Shown here: one piece after another, positions 8,936 through 18,855 of the stretch
How positions within the stretch are numbered: position 1 is the stretch's first letter
How the letters are laid out: each line of letters opens with the position of its first letter
NCBI GenBank assembly: GCA_046583315.1
Contig: JAYGCN010000314.1
Coordinates: 1 to 39,186, forward strand
Direction: 5' to 3'
Source of the DNA: Candidatus Hydrogenedentota bacterium
Lineage (GTDB): Bacteria; Hydrogenedentota; Hydrogenedentia; Hydrogenedentales; GCA-2746185
Length of the DNA stretch: 39,186 bases
Notes under the pieces: model-generated
The model's database searches: none
Told to the model about the DNA's origin: nothing
The model's input: only the letters and a program-made list of their open reading frames with translations
Translations under genes and position numbers: made by a program

Positions 8936-9514
8936 ATGATAGTCGAACAATCTGAGAGTTATATGCACTTTATCCAGTGGGGTGCCGTAATTGGTGCCTC
9001 ACTGGTTGCAGCCGTTTGGGATCTGCGTACCCGGCGTATCCCGAATATTCTAACATTTCCTTTGCTTTTAACGGGTATTCTGTGGTCCACGTATGTTGGC
9101 GGGGCATGGGGTTTTTTGGAATCTATTGTCGCAGGTATTACAGTTTCCGTGCCTTTTTGGGTATTATATGTATTCGCAGGAGGTGGCGCGGGGGACGTAA
9201 AGCTCATGGCGGGCATTGGGGCTTGGCTGGGTTTGTCGACTGGTTTGAGTGCTTTGACGTTTGTCGTGTTGTCTGGAGGCATTATGGGTATTGTGCTTGC
9301 ACTTTCAAAAGGTCAATTGCGACCAATTTTGTTGCGTCTGCGCAAACTTGTCGGCGCTATGATGGCGACGGTATTGTTTAATCGAGGGCGAGGTTTTTCG
9401 GGAGCGGGTAACGCATGGGTGGACCATAAGACTATGGTTTATATGCCTTATGGGTTGGCGATTTTTTGCGGGGTTTGTTTGTCTGCGACGGGGTATTCTC
9501 CATGGCCATTTTAA
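8936..9514 (+). CDS. cpaA: Prepilin peptidase (A24, CpaA/TadV)
   Basis: WDLRTRRIPN, GAGDVKLMAGIGAWLG, MPYGLAI. Start could be 8963. Confidence 0.92.
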   Translation: MIVEQSESYMHFIQWGAVIGASLVAAVWDLRTRRIPNILTFPLLLTGILWSTYVGGAWGFLESIVAGITVSVPFWVLYVFAGGGAGDVKLMAGIGAWLGLSTGLSALTFVVLSGGIMGIVLALSKGQLRPILLRLRKLVGAMMATVLFNRGRGFSGAGNAWVDHKTMVYMPYGLAIFCGVCLSATGYSPWPF

Positions 9515-9924
9515 GACCGCGGCACGAACGTGACGAGCGAGGATTGGCCTCTGTTGAGATGGCCATTGTTTCTCTTGTATTGGTGATGCTTACGTTTGGT
9601 TGCATGGAATATGGCTGGATGTTTTTCCGCTTGCAGCAGGTGAGTAACGTTTCGCGAGAGGCGGTTCGTACGGCTGTGCTGCCGGATAGTGTTGATGCGG
9701 ATGTGACAGCCCGTGTTGCAGTTATCATGGGCGGGTTCGGAATGGGGTCTACGTCGTATACGCTCACGACGATACCGGCAAGTGTCTTGGACGCGGATGC
9801 TCAGGATCCGGTGACGGTGACAGTGGCGGTTCCTTATTCGCAAATTGGGTTGACGGGGATGCCAATTTTTCCGACACCTGCAAACCTAACCTCATCTGCG
9901 ACGATGTCGCGTGAAGGACCTTAG
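9502..9924 (+). CDS. tadE: TadE-like pseudopilin
   Basis: RG/LASVEMAIV, hydrophobic helix, EYG, SREAVRTAVL. ATG overlaps the end of the peptidase gene. Confidence 0.88.
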   Translation: MAILRPRHERDERGLASVEMAIVSLVLVMLTFGCMEYGWMFFRLQQVSNVSREAVRTAVLPDSVDADVTARVAVIMGGFGMGSTSYTLTTIPASVLDADAQDPVTVTVAVPYSQIGLTGMPIFPTPANLTSSATMSREGP

Positions 9925-9993
9925 TTATGATGAGTCATCAGGTCGAAAACATTTTGCCGAATTAGGGTTGGTTCACTTTTAAGGAGAAGCACG

Positions 9994-10944
9994 ATGAAAA
10001 TGTCATTTTCAGTTGTACTACTTATAGTCCTTGGGGTTGTTGCTGCGGGTGCGGCGGCGCTGTTTACGGCCACGTTGAGTGCGGGCAACATTGGAGAGGT
10101 GCTTAGTACGGCAACTCCGGATGTGGTCATTTTGGTGGCGAAGGAAGATATTGGGAAGACGATGTCGATTCGCGAATCGGATATTGTCTCGAAGACGGTG
10201 GCTGCGTCGGCGACTCCGGTGAATTATTACACCGATCCCACTCAAATTATTGGTCGAAGGGTTGTTTCTGACATGTTCTCTGGTCAGGCGTTCACCAAGG
10301 CTTCGTTCCCGACGGCTGGCTCGGGCGTACAATTGGCAACTCAGATTCCACAGGGAAAACGTGCGGTCAGCATTCAGATTTCGAGTTATGAGAGCCTCCA
10401 GGGGCTGTTGTATCCGGGAGCGATTGTGGATGTGTTGGCTTCTTTCCGGGTTTCGGGTTATAGGGATGGGAACGCGCTTTCGACTACGTTGTTGCAGAAT
10501 ATTCAGGTTCTGGCTGTTTCGAACATCATAGTGGGTGATAATTCGACCTTGGAACAGGAAGATGATCGTTTGAAAAATCGTGTTAGCAACCAGCCTTCGG
10601 TTACACTGTTGGTGACTACGAAGCAGGCTGAGGCGCTTCAGTTGGCGATGAAGTTTGGTCAGATTTCGTTGACGATGCGCAACCCTTCTGATGCAAAAAC
10701 TGTAGACGATGAAGCTACGTTGTTGAGTGAGGGTATTATGGCCGAGTTGGCGACGTTGCTTGGCACTACGGTTTCCGATGAGACGACTGGAGAAGAGGAG
10801 ATCGCCAGGGTGGTGAGGGATGAGCCGGTAGAAGTGACTGAAGTGGTACCGACGGTCAAGGTTGCGGCGATGATGCGTGTTAATGTCATTCGAGCTTTGC
10901 AACTTGATCCCAATGGTCCTAAGATCTTTCCATTAGAAGACTAA
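9994..10944 (+). CDS. cpaB: Flp pilus assembly protein CpaB/RcpC
   Basis: N-terminal TM, SAF-like VILVAKEDI, IPQGKRAVSI, LYPGAIVDV, LLQNIQVLAV, VTLLVT..QAEAL, ISLTMRN. Confidence 0.92.
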   Translation: MKMSFSVVLLIVLGVVAAGAAALFTATLSAGNIGEVLSTATPDVVILVAKEDIGKTMSIRESDIVSKTVAASATPVNYYTDPTQIIGRRVVSDMFSGQAFTKASFPTAGSGVQLATQIPQGKRAVSIQISSYESLQGLLYPGAIVDVLASFRVSGYRDGNALSTTLLQNIQVLAVSNIIVGDNSTLEQEDDRLKNRVSNQPSVTLLVTTKQAEALQLAMKFGQISLTMRNPSDAKTVDDEATLLSEGIMAELATLLGTTVSDETTGEEEIARVVRDEPVEVTEVVPTVKVAAMMRVNVIRALQLDPNGPKIFPLED

Positions 10945-10977
10945 AAACGAGAAAAATAACACCGAGAGGAGTTCAAC

Positions 10978-12477
10978 GTGAACACCAGCACACACCATCA
11001 GGTCACGAAATTCTGCACCGTTAGGTCACGGGCTCGATCCGCATTTTGTTATGCGATTTTAGGGTGTACGCTTTTGTTCACGTCGCTGGTCAGTGCCCAG
11101 TCGTCTCCTCGACTTATCACGACCAAGGGAACCATTGATAAACTTGATAGCGGTGATTGCATCAATATGGAGATTGGCCGTTCGGCAGCGTTGCAGACGG
11201 ATTGGACCATTACGGATGTCTCCGTGGCCGATCCTGCGGTGGCTGATGTGGATGTGTTGCATCCGAATGAGGTGGTTATTGTATCGAAGTCCATGGGGAC
11301 TACGGACCTTATCCTTTGGGGTGATAATGGTGAAATCTGGATGTGTGAAATCAAGGTTGATATTGATCCGCAGCGTCTTAATGATGACCTTAGTCAATTA
11401 TTTCCCAATTGCAGATTAACGGTTACGCGCTCTGAAGATGTTTATTTTGTTAAAGGGATTATGCAATTTGCGGATCAGGTGGAAAACCTGCACAAATTTT
11501 TTGAGGTGTCCGGAATCAAGTTTGTAGACATGACGAAGGTCGCTGGCCTGCATCAGGTGCAATTGAAAGTTCGAGTTGCTGAGGTGAATCGGTCGAGAAT
11601 TCGGAACATGACGATTAATGCATTGTATGGTTCTGATAGTGTGATTGGCGCTTCGGTGACGGGCACGGCGGATGGTGGGTCCTTTATTCCTTTCGCCGCA
11701 GCGCATACATTAGGAAATGGTTTGGGGGCAGCTGCTGCTAGTAATCCGCTGGTTAATTTGTTTGTCGGGTTGCCGCGCGCGGATCTTGCGTTTTTCGTTC
11801 AAGCGTTGGCTGAGAATAAGTATGTGTCCATCCTGGCGGAGCCGACGTTGATTGCGCTGAGTGGGGAGGAAGCGAATTTCCTTGCAGGTGGTGAGTTTCC
11901 TGTACCGTCCAGTACCGGTGGTAATTCTGATGCGATTCAAATTGAATTTAAGGAAGTGGGGGTACGTCTTACCTTTCGTCCTGAAGTTCTTGGTGATGGA
12001 ACGATTCGGTTGACCGTGGATACGGAAGTGAGTGAAATTTCTGATTTCGGCGCCATCGAAGTTGAAGGATTCAGTATTCCTTCGATCGTTACGCGCCGTG
12101 TTAAGACGACATTGGAAATGAAGAGTGAGCAGACCTTTACGATGGCTGGCTTACTGAATCGTGCGACCAATGTGCGGAACACCCGGGTGCCTTTGCTTGG
12201 TGACCTTCCTGTAATCGGGGCCCTTTTCCGCTCGGTGAGTTATTCGTTGGGTGAAACGGAACTGATTATTATGGTAACGCCTAGCCTGGTTGAGCCGATG
12301 TCGTATGCGAATCAGCCGTCATTGCCGGGTGAGCGCTTTGTTGCACCGAACGATTGGGAACTTATGGCTCTTGGCAAGATTGGATATACCGAAGGTGGCC
12401 CGGATTCGCCTGATGCTGATTCGTTGAATGAACTTAAAGGCCCGGGTGCGTGGGATTCGAATGAAGAAGAGAAGTAG
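10978..12477 (+). CDS. cpaC: Secretin CpaC/RcpA
   Basis: VSVADPAVADV, GTTDLILW, QVQLKVRVAEVNRS, LAEPTLIALSGEEANFLAGGEFPVP, VPLLGDLPVIGALFRS, ETELIIMVTP. Confidence 0.95.
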   Translation: MNTSTHHQVTKFCTVRSRARSAFCYAILGCTLLFTSLVSAQSSPRLITTKGTIDKLDSGDCINMEIGRSAALQTDWTITDVSVADPAVADVDVLHPNEVVIVSKSMGTTDLILWGDNGEIWMCEIKVDIDPQRLNDDLSQLFPNCRLTVTRSEDVYFVKGIMQFADQVENLHKFFEVSGIKFVDMTKVAGLHQVQLKVRVAEVNRSRIRNMTINALYGSDSVIGASVTGTADGGSFIPFAAAHTLGNGLGAAAASNPLVNLFVGLPRADLAFFVQALAENKYVSILAEPTLIALSGEEANFLAGGEFPVPSSTGGNSDAIQIEFKEVGVRLTFRPEVLGDGTIRLTVDTEVSEISDFGAIEVEGFSIPSIVTRRVKTTLEMKSEQTFTMAGLLNRATNVRNTRVPLLGDLPVIGALFRSVSYSLGETELIIMVTPSLVEPMSYANQPSLPGERFVAPNDWELMALGKIGYTEGGPDSPDADSLNELKGPGAWDSNEEEK

Positions 12478-12551
12478 AGTAGATCGATTTTGATTCGGTA
12501 ATCCCGAATTGTATTGAAGTAGAACTATAACTAAGGAACCATGGCACTATT

Positions 12552-13706
12552 ATGAGTGGATACAACGAGATCATACTGCTCTCCGAAGAACAGGCGTTGC
12601 GTGAACGCATATCAATTCTTCTTGCGAAGAAGGAGGGTGTGTTCCCGCCGGTGAATGCTACGGCTGATATTAATGAGCTGAGTAATCGTCTCGAAGAGTC
12701 TAATGTGCCTTTTGTCATTATAGATTACACGAAGGCTGCGAACGGCATATTGAATGAGATAGAACCGATTGCTACGGGTTTTCCGATGACGCGATTTGTC
12801 ATGCTTACGGATGATTTCGATAGTGAGTTGGTGATGAAGTCGATGCAGTGCGGAATACGCCATGTGCAGATGAAGAGCAAGATAGAGTCGGGGTTCAGTG
12901 ATATTCTGCAGCGCTTAATGCCTCCTGTCGTTAGTTCCATGAGTGAGAATCAGGGACAAGGCATCACGATTCTTTCTGCGGGTGGTGGATGTGGTGCGAC
13001 TACGTTAACGGTAAATTTGGCCAATGAACTTCAGTTGGTCTCTGAGGAGTCTGTGCTTCTCGTAGATATGGATTATCATTATGGTGCGGTCGGGACTTAT
13101 CTGGATCTGCATGGTCAGTATGGGATTTCTGATGTTTTGGCGCACACGGGTCATATTGACGCGAACCTTATTGACACGACTGCGGTGAAGTATTCGGAGA
13201 AGTTGCATGCGCTGATAAGCCCTGCGAGCATTCATTTTCAGGAGACGCGTCCGATTCCGAACAGTCACATTGAGGCGGTCATTGGAGCGTGCAAGCAGGG
13301 TTATGCTTATACGTTGATTGATGCGCCGCGTATTCCGATGGATATCGCTACGAGTTTGGCTGAGTCGAGTGCTGGCACGCTGATTATTTTCCAGGCGTGT
13401 GTTAAGGATGTACGTATTGCGAAGTCGATAATCACTTCTCTGAATAACCGTGGTATTCCGCTGGAAAATATTTATCCGGTACTGAATCGTTATAAAAAGC
13501 GCGGTGAAATGGTGAGTATTGAAGAAGCGAAGAATGCGCTTGGCGGTCTCAAGATCACGTGTATGGCGAATGATTATAGTAGCGCGGTCAAGGGTATTAA
13601 TTTCGGAAAACCTCTTTCAAAGAGTGCACCTCGTTCGGCGCTTCGCAAGGATTTACGCGATTTAGTCGGGCGCATTACTGATAAGGATAGTGTTTCGTTT
13701 ACGTAA
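12552..13706 (+). CDS. cpaE: CpaE/TadZ pilus localisation protein (atypical receiver plus MinD-like ATPase)
   Basis: Deviant Walker A SAGGGCGATTLTVNLA, LLVDMD, YTLIDAP, VLNRY, INFGKPL; position before cpaF. Confidence 0.9.
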   Translation: MSGYNEIILLSEEQALRERISILLAKKEGVFPPVNATADINELSNRLEESNVPFVIIDYTKAANGILNEIEPIATGFPMTRFVMLTDDFDSELVMKSMQCGIRHVQMKSKIESGFSDILQRLMPPVVSSMSENQGQGITILSAGGGCGATTLTVNLANELQLVSEESVLLVDMDYHYGAVGTYLDLHGQYGISDVLAHTGHIDANLIDTTAVKYSEKLHALISPASIHFQETRPIPNSHIEAVIGACKQGYAYTLIDAPRIPMDIATSLAESSAGTLIIFQACVKDVRIAKSIITSLNNRGIPLENIYPVLNRYKKRGEMVSIEEAKNALGGLKITCMANDYSSAVKGINFGKPLSKSAPRSALRKDLRDLVGRITDKDSVSFT

Positions 13707-13720
13707 CCCGGGGCAAAATT

Positions 13721-15067
13721 ATGAATCTAAATGTCAATTCCATATCGAATCAGGGTAATCAGCGCTCTGCTGAGGACATAAAGCTTCATGTTCATGAGCG
13801 GCTGTTGGCCACGCTTAATCTTAATGAGGCACGGCTTTTGCCGCCGGATCAGCTTGAGGCGGAGTGCTCTCGTCAGGTCGAGATTTTGCTGAATGAGGAG
13901 AATCATCCGCTTTCTGGTCCGGAGAAGAAGCAGCTGGTGCGTGAAGTTCTTGATGATGTGTTTGGCCTTGGTCCTTTGGAAGCGTTGATGCGGGATCCGA
14001 AGGTGAGTGATATTCTGGTGAATGGTTGCGACACGATTTACGTGGAGCGCAATGGTCGGTTGAATCGGTCGGACATGCGTTTTCGGGATGACGAACAGGT
14101 GATTCGAGTTATCCAGCGTATTGCGGCTCAGGTGGGAAGGCATATTGATGAGAGTTCGCCTATGCTTGATGCGCGTCTGAAGGATGGTTCGCGGGTAAAT
14201 GCGATCATTCCGCCGTTGGCGCTTGATGGACCTTCTTTGAGCATACGTCGTTTCGGTACGATTTCTCTGACGGTCGATAATATGATTGATCTTGATGTAT
14301 TTTCTCCTGAGATGGCGGAGTTTTTGCTCACGTGTGTTAAGTGTAAAATGAACATCCTTATTTCGGGTGGTACGGGTAGTGGTAAAACGACCATGCTGAA
14401 CCTTATATCGCAGGCAATTCCGGCGGATGAACGTGTGGTGACGATTGAGGATGCCGCGGAACTTCAGTTGTTGCGCGAGCATGTGGTGCGTCTTGAAACG
14501 CGACCGGCGAACGTGGAAGGTGTCGGAGCGGTTCCGGTTGGGGCGTTGCTAATCAATGCCTTGCGTATGCGTCCGGATCGAATAATCATTGGTGAGTGTC
14601 GTGGCAGTGAAGCGTTGGATATGTTGCAGGCGATGAATACGGGTCACGAAGGTTCCATGACCACGGTTCACGCGAACAATCCTCGTGATGCGTTTATGCG
14701 TCTTGAAAATATGGTGAGTCTTGCTGGGACGAATTTTCCGGTGACGGCGATTCGGCAACAGATAAGTTCTGCGTTGAATATTCTCATCCAGGTGAGTCGT
14801 ATGACGGGCGGACGGCGTCGGGTTACGCATATTTCTGAGGTGAGCCACATGGAAGGGGAGATCATCCTGATGCAGGATCTTTTCCGGTATCGGCAGACGG
14901 GTATCACGGAAGATGGGCATGCGGATGGGTATTTTGAAGCGTGTGGTGTACGTCCTAATATTTTGAAACAGTTTGAGTCGGAAGGTGTTCACCTTCCCGA
15001 TCACTATTTCCAACATCGCGCTCTGGAAACGGCTGCGACGTACGGGGAGGGAGCTGCTCATGCCTGA
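13721..15067 (+). CDS. cpaF: Pilus assembly ATPase CpaF/TadA
   Basis: [71 protein letters not shown]. Confidence 0.96.
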   Translation: MNLNVNSISNQGNQRSAEDIKLHVHERLLATLNLNEARLLPPDQLEAECSRQVEILLNEENHPLSGPEKKQLVREVLDDVFGLGPLEALMRDPKVSDILVNGCDTIYVERNGRLNRSDMRFRDDEQVIRVIQRIAAQVGRHIDESSPMLDARLKDGSRVNAIIPPLALDGPSLSIRRFGTISLTVDNMIDLDVFSPEMAEFLLTCVKCKMNILISGGTGSGKTTMLNLISQAIPADERVVTIEDAAELQLLREHVVRLETRPANVEGVGAVPVGALLINALRMRPDRIIIGECRGSEALDMLQAMNTGHEGSMTTVHANNPRDAFMRLENMVSLAGTNFPVTAIRQQISSALNILIQVSRMTGGRRRVTHISEVSHMEGEIILMQDLFRYRQTGITEDGHADGYFEACGVRPNILKQFESEGVHLPDHYFQHRALETAATYGEGAAHA

Positions 15068-16055
15068 ACAACTTCCGTTTATGAGTATTGTTGCGGGTTT
15101 GGCGATGTTTGCGCTTATCGCTTCGATGTGGTTGATGGCGATTGTGATTTGGCGTGCGCGTAAGGGCGTGCAGGAGGAACATGTACGCGATCGTCTTGCG
15201 TCGCGCACAACGCGTGCAAGTTCTCTTGAGTCCAAGGGACAGGTTCTCAGTCTTTGGCATCAGGGTGAAATCAAAACGACGATTGTGCAAGGGAAGCAAC
15301 ACGTGAGTCGTCTGGTGTCGATGATTGATGATATGCGTAATGCGTTGGGGTGGACGATTCCGTTACCGACGTTTATTATGGGCATGCTTGGTATCAGCGT
15401 ATTTTCCTTTTGCGCAGTTCTGGCGATGACGTCGAGTTTGCTGTTGTCTGCGATAGCTTTATTCATGCTACTGTATTTTGTGCGTAGTTATGCGGCTAAC
15501 AAGTTGCACAAAACGGATATGCTTTTTGCCCGGCAGCTTCAGGATTCGTTGGCATTGGCGACGCGTTCGCTACGGGCGGGTCATCCTCTGACGGGCGCAT
15601 TCCAGCTAATCGCGGATGAGTGTGAACCTCCTATCTCGACGGTCTTTGGCGAGATTTTGCAGCAGCAAAATTTAGGGAAAAGTCTTGAAGAGGCGATTGT
15701 TGAGACATCGAACAAACACCGTAGTCCTGATCTGAAACTTTTTGCGGCTTCTACGGTGATTCAGATTCGTAGTGGTGGTAATGTGGCGGATATGATGGAG
15801 CGTTTGGCGCATGTGATTGGTGATCGGATGCGACTTGATCGTAAGGTGAGAGTGCTTACTTCGCAGACGCAGCTCAGTAAAAAGGTGTTGATGGCGATTC
15901 CGTTGCTTCTATTTATTTATATGTATTTTGTGCAGCCGGGATATCTTGAGCCGATGTTTAACACAGAAGTAGGAAGAATGCTCATCGTTATTGCGCTCGT
16001 CCTGCTCTTTGTTGGTAATCATGTAATGAATAAAATTGCAGAGCTTGACTATTAA
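15060..16055 (+). CDS. tadB: TadB (T2SS F family) inner-membrane platform protein
   Basis: FARQLQDSL, RSLRAGH, IQIRSGGNVADMM, VRVLTSQ. ATG overlaps the cpaF stop. Confidence 0.92.
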   Translation: MPEQLPFMSIVAGLAMFALIASMWLMAIVIWRARKGVQEEHVRDRLASRTTRASSLESKGQVLSLWHQGEIKTTIVQGKQHVSRLVSMIDDMRNALGWTIPLPTFIMGMLGISVFSFCAVLAMTSSLLLSAIALFMLLYFVRSYAANKLHKTDMLFARQLQDSLALATRSLRAGHPLTGAFQLIADECEPPISTVFGEILQQQNLGKSLEEAIVETSNKHRSPDLKLFAASTVIQIRSGGNVADMMERLAHVIGDRMRLDRKVRVLTSQTQLSKKVLMAIPLLLFIYMYFVQPGYLEPMFNTEVGRMLIVIALVLLFVGNHVMNKIAELDY

Positions 16056-16070
16056 TTGGGGGTTGGTGTG

Positions 16071-17000
16071 ATGATGGAAAATTTATTTGCAGACTCCAGC
16101 ATAATCGTTCCCGGGCTAATTTTCATGGCGGTGATGTTTATGGGCGGGGCGTTCATTACGGGTACGATGGCGTACCGTGATGTGATTAAGTCTCGTTTGA
16201 AGAATGAGCGTACCGAAACAGCGCCTGAGAGTTCCCAGAATAAGCGCAACTTGCCGGGTGAATTTGTTTCGAAAATTGGCAGTGCTGTTAGGGGTAAAGG
16301 TCTTGAGTCATCTGATCTGCGCAAGAAATTGACTGCTGCTGGATATTCGGGGTCCAATGCTGTGGCGGGGTTCTTGGGAGTAAAGATGATCCTGCTTGTT
16401 TTATCACTTGTTTCTGTGGCGCTGATTTTTTATGGATGGGATACGGATTTTACCAAAAAATGGTTGGTTATCTTATTTGTCATTGCTGTTGGCTTCTTTT
16501 TGCCGAATTATGTTGTTGAAGTGATGGTAAATAAACGCTCGAAAGTGTTCCGCAATCATTTCCCGGATGCGATCGACTTGCTTGAAATCTGCGTTTCGGG
16601 TGGTATGGGCATTGATTCTGCGTGGAATGCGGTCTCGGAGAATATGCGTCCTCTGTGTCCGCTGCTTGCGGATGAGTTGTCGCTGACGAATCTTGAGATG
16701 CATCTTGGTTCTACTCGCGCGAGTGCGATGCGTAACATGGCGGACCGAACGAGTTCGGATGATGTCGCGTCATTGGTTACGTCGATGCTGCAGTCGGAGA
16801 AGTTTGGTACGAGCATTGGTGAGACGTTGCGTGTGTTTGCGTTGGCGTTGCGTATTGAGCGTAGTCAGAAAGCGGAGGAATCTGCTGAGAAGATGGCCGT
16901 TAAGATGCTTTTTCCCATGGTATGTTTTATTTTCCCGGTGGTCCTCATTGTAGCGATTGGGCCGGCAGGGATTACTATGGTCGAAATATTTTCTGAATAA
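16071..17000 (+). CDS. tadC: TadC (T2SS F family) inner-membrane platform protein
   Basis: KLTAAGY, FPDAIDLLEICVSGGMG, QSEKFGTSIGETLR, AEESAEKMAVKMLFPMV. Confidence 0.93.
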   Translation: MMENLFADSSIIVPGLIFMAVMFMGGAFITGTMAYRDVIKSRLKNERTETAPESSQNKRNLPGEFVSKIGSAVRGKGLESSDLRKKLTAAGYSGSNAVAGFLGVKMILLVLSLVSVALIFYGWDTDFTKKWLVILFVIAVGFFLPNYVVEVMVNKRSKVFRNHFPDAIDLLEICVSGGMGIDSAWNAVSENMRPLCPLLADELSLTNLEMHLGSTRASAMRNMADRTSSDDVASLVTSMLQSEKFGTSIGETLRVFALALRIERSQKAEESAEKMAVKMLFPMVCFIFPVVLIVAIGPAGITMVEIFSE

Positions 17001-17038
17001 ATAAACCGAATATAGATTCACATCAGGAGACAAGACAG

Positions 17039-17917
17039 ATGAAATCGATTACTCCCTTCGTTATGGTTAGCGCAGTAGCCATTTTACTAACCGGCTGTCA
17101 GACGAAACAGGACAATGCACGGGACTATGATAATCACCGAGTTGCGCACGTTGAGGTGTCCAATAAGTTACACCAGGATCCGGTGAATCAGGCGATCATT
17201 ACGACGAGCACGATTTTTACGCATCATTTCGTAACGCATACGCCTACGTTGAACGAGTTGGGCATGAAGGATCTGGATGTTTTAGCCGATCATTATATCA
17301 ATGATGTGATGCCGGTCAGTATGCCGGTCAATATTGTCTCTGACGTTCATGTTTATTTTGATTATGATAAATCCGATATCCGTCCAGATAATATTGCGGC
17401 GCTTGAAGCCGCTATCAAGGTGCTGGGTGAAAATCCTGATGCGAATATTTTGATTACGGGGCGCACGGACATTCGTGGTACGGATGATTACAATATTGCG
17501 CTTGGAAATCGTCGTGCGAATGCTGTGGATTCCTACATGGCCGCCAATGGTATTGACCCGACTCGTATTCGTATTCTGAGTCGCGGCGAAATGGATGCGT
17601 TGTCGGCGGAGACAAGTGAAGAGGGGATGCAGAAGGATCGCAATGCACATTTTGTTGTCGCGGAAGTCAATCGGTATCCGCTTCCTTTGAATGTGCGTCA
17701 GGGCGGTGCTTCGGATGACCTATATCGCGCGCGCAAGAAGAATACGCTGGCCTACCTGGCGGAGAAGGGTGTGGATACTTCGTTGCTTCGGATAGCGGAT
17801 GATTTCGCGGGTGGTGAGGGTTTGGCTGCAGAGCAAGTTGTTGTGATTGTCACGTATGAAGCGCCTGAAGGTGATGGCGGTGAATCCTTTACCATATCTT
17901 CGGGTGGAGGCAATTAA
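17039..17917 (+). CDS. OmpA/Pal-domain lipoprotein of the tad locus
   Basis: Lipobox LTGC; VYFDYDKSDI, ITGRTDIRGTDDYNIALGNRRANAV, RIRILSRGE, KDRNAHF. RBS AGGAGA. Confidence 0.88.
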   Translation: MKSITPFVMVSAVAILLTGCQTKQDNARDYDNHRVAHVEVSNKLHQDPVNQAIITTSTIFTHHFVTHTPTLNELGMKDLDVLADHYINDVMPVSMPVNIVSDVHVYFDYDKSDIRPDNIAALEAAIKVLGENPDANILITGRTDIRGTDDYNIALGNRRANAVDSYMAANGIDPTRIRILSRGEMDALSAETSEEGMQKDRNAHFVVAEVNRYPLPLNVRQGGASDDLYRARKKNTLAYLAEKGVDTSLLRIADDFAGGEGLAAEQVVVIVTYEAPEGDGGESFTISSGGGN

Positions 17918-18760
17918 ATGTTGTTGAGCAGCCGAAAGTCAGTTGTACGTATCCGACTAGTGAGCATGCTGTGTGTGCTGGTGGGTACGGTGCTGGTGAC
18001 TTCTGGTTGTGTGACTTCACATGGTGTTACGTTGGAGCCGGTTGCTGCTGAGGAACCGAAGGAGCTGGCGCCGTCGGCGAATACGCTTTACGCGTTGTCT
18101 CGGCTTTATCTTGCGCAAGATAAGGATGATGAGGGTGAAGCGGTATTGGTGCGTCTTTTGGCGGAGTTTCCGGATTACACGCTGGCGTATTCAGATCTTG
18201 CCAGGGTACGCCTGAAACAGGGGCGTTTTGAGGATGCAGTCGAGATTATGACGATCAGCCTTGAGTATGGTGAGAAAGACCCGGTGTTGCACAATAATCT
18301 GGGGCTTAGTCAGATGTTGGCCACTGAATATGAGCGCGCGCTTATGAGTTTCCAGACGGCGAAAGAGCTGTCCCCGCATAACAAGAAGTATCAATCGAAT
18401 ATCGCGCTGACGTATGGGCTTATGGGCAATACGCAGCAGTCGGCGGATGCCTATCGAGTAATCATGTCGGAAGAGGACACTTTACACAATATTAACGTCA
18501 TCAATGGCATTCGCGATCCCGATCATGGGTCGGGTGTTATTAGCGAGGACTTGATTGATGTGCTCATTGACGAGGAACAGCCCGACACCACGGTTTTGGA
18601 TGGGCCACAGGCAGGTAGTGTCGAAACGAATACTGAACTGGTAGAGGATCTTCAGGCGGCTGTTGGTGAGGGAAACAAGAAAGTTATTATTGAAGATTTG
18701 CAGGCTATTGCAGAACAAGATAGTGAGGGGTCATCTGTGAGTACCGGGAGCGCCAGATAG
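17918..18760 (+). CDS. TPR protein, TadD-like (probable lipoprotein)
   Basis: Signal peptide ending TSGC; TPR motifs AYSDLARV, LHNNLGLS, YQSNIALTYGLMG; acidic tail. Confidence 0.8.
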   Translation: MLLSSRKSVVRIRLVSMLCVLVGTVLVTSGCVTSHGVTLEPVAAEEPKELAPSANTLYALSRLYLAQDKDDEGEAVLVRLLAEFPDYTLAYSDLARVRLKQGRFEDAVEIMTISLEYGEKDPVLHNNLGLSQMLATEYERALMSFQTAKELSPHNKKYQSNIALTYGLMGNTQQSADAYRVIMSEEDTLHNINVINGIRDPDHGSGVISEDLIDVLIDEEQPDTTVLDGPQAGSVETNTELVEDLQAAVGEGNKKVIIEDLQAIAEQDSEGSSVSTGSAR

Positions 18761-18855
18761 GCAGATTGATAGGCACCATTTTTTCAGGTGTGATATCATA
18801 TTGGGTAACGGACATTGCCTGTCGTTGGGGAAAACGATACGCGGGAGATGGAATC

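Noticed and set aside
12542..12556. Internal sigma54 promoter TGGCAC before cpaE
   Set aside because: The -12 position reads AG, not GC, and it overlaps the start codon
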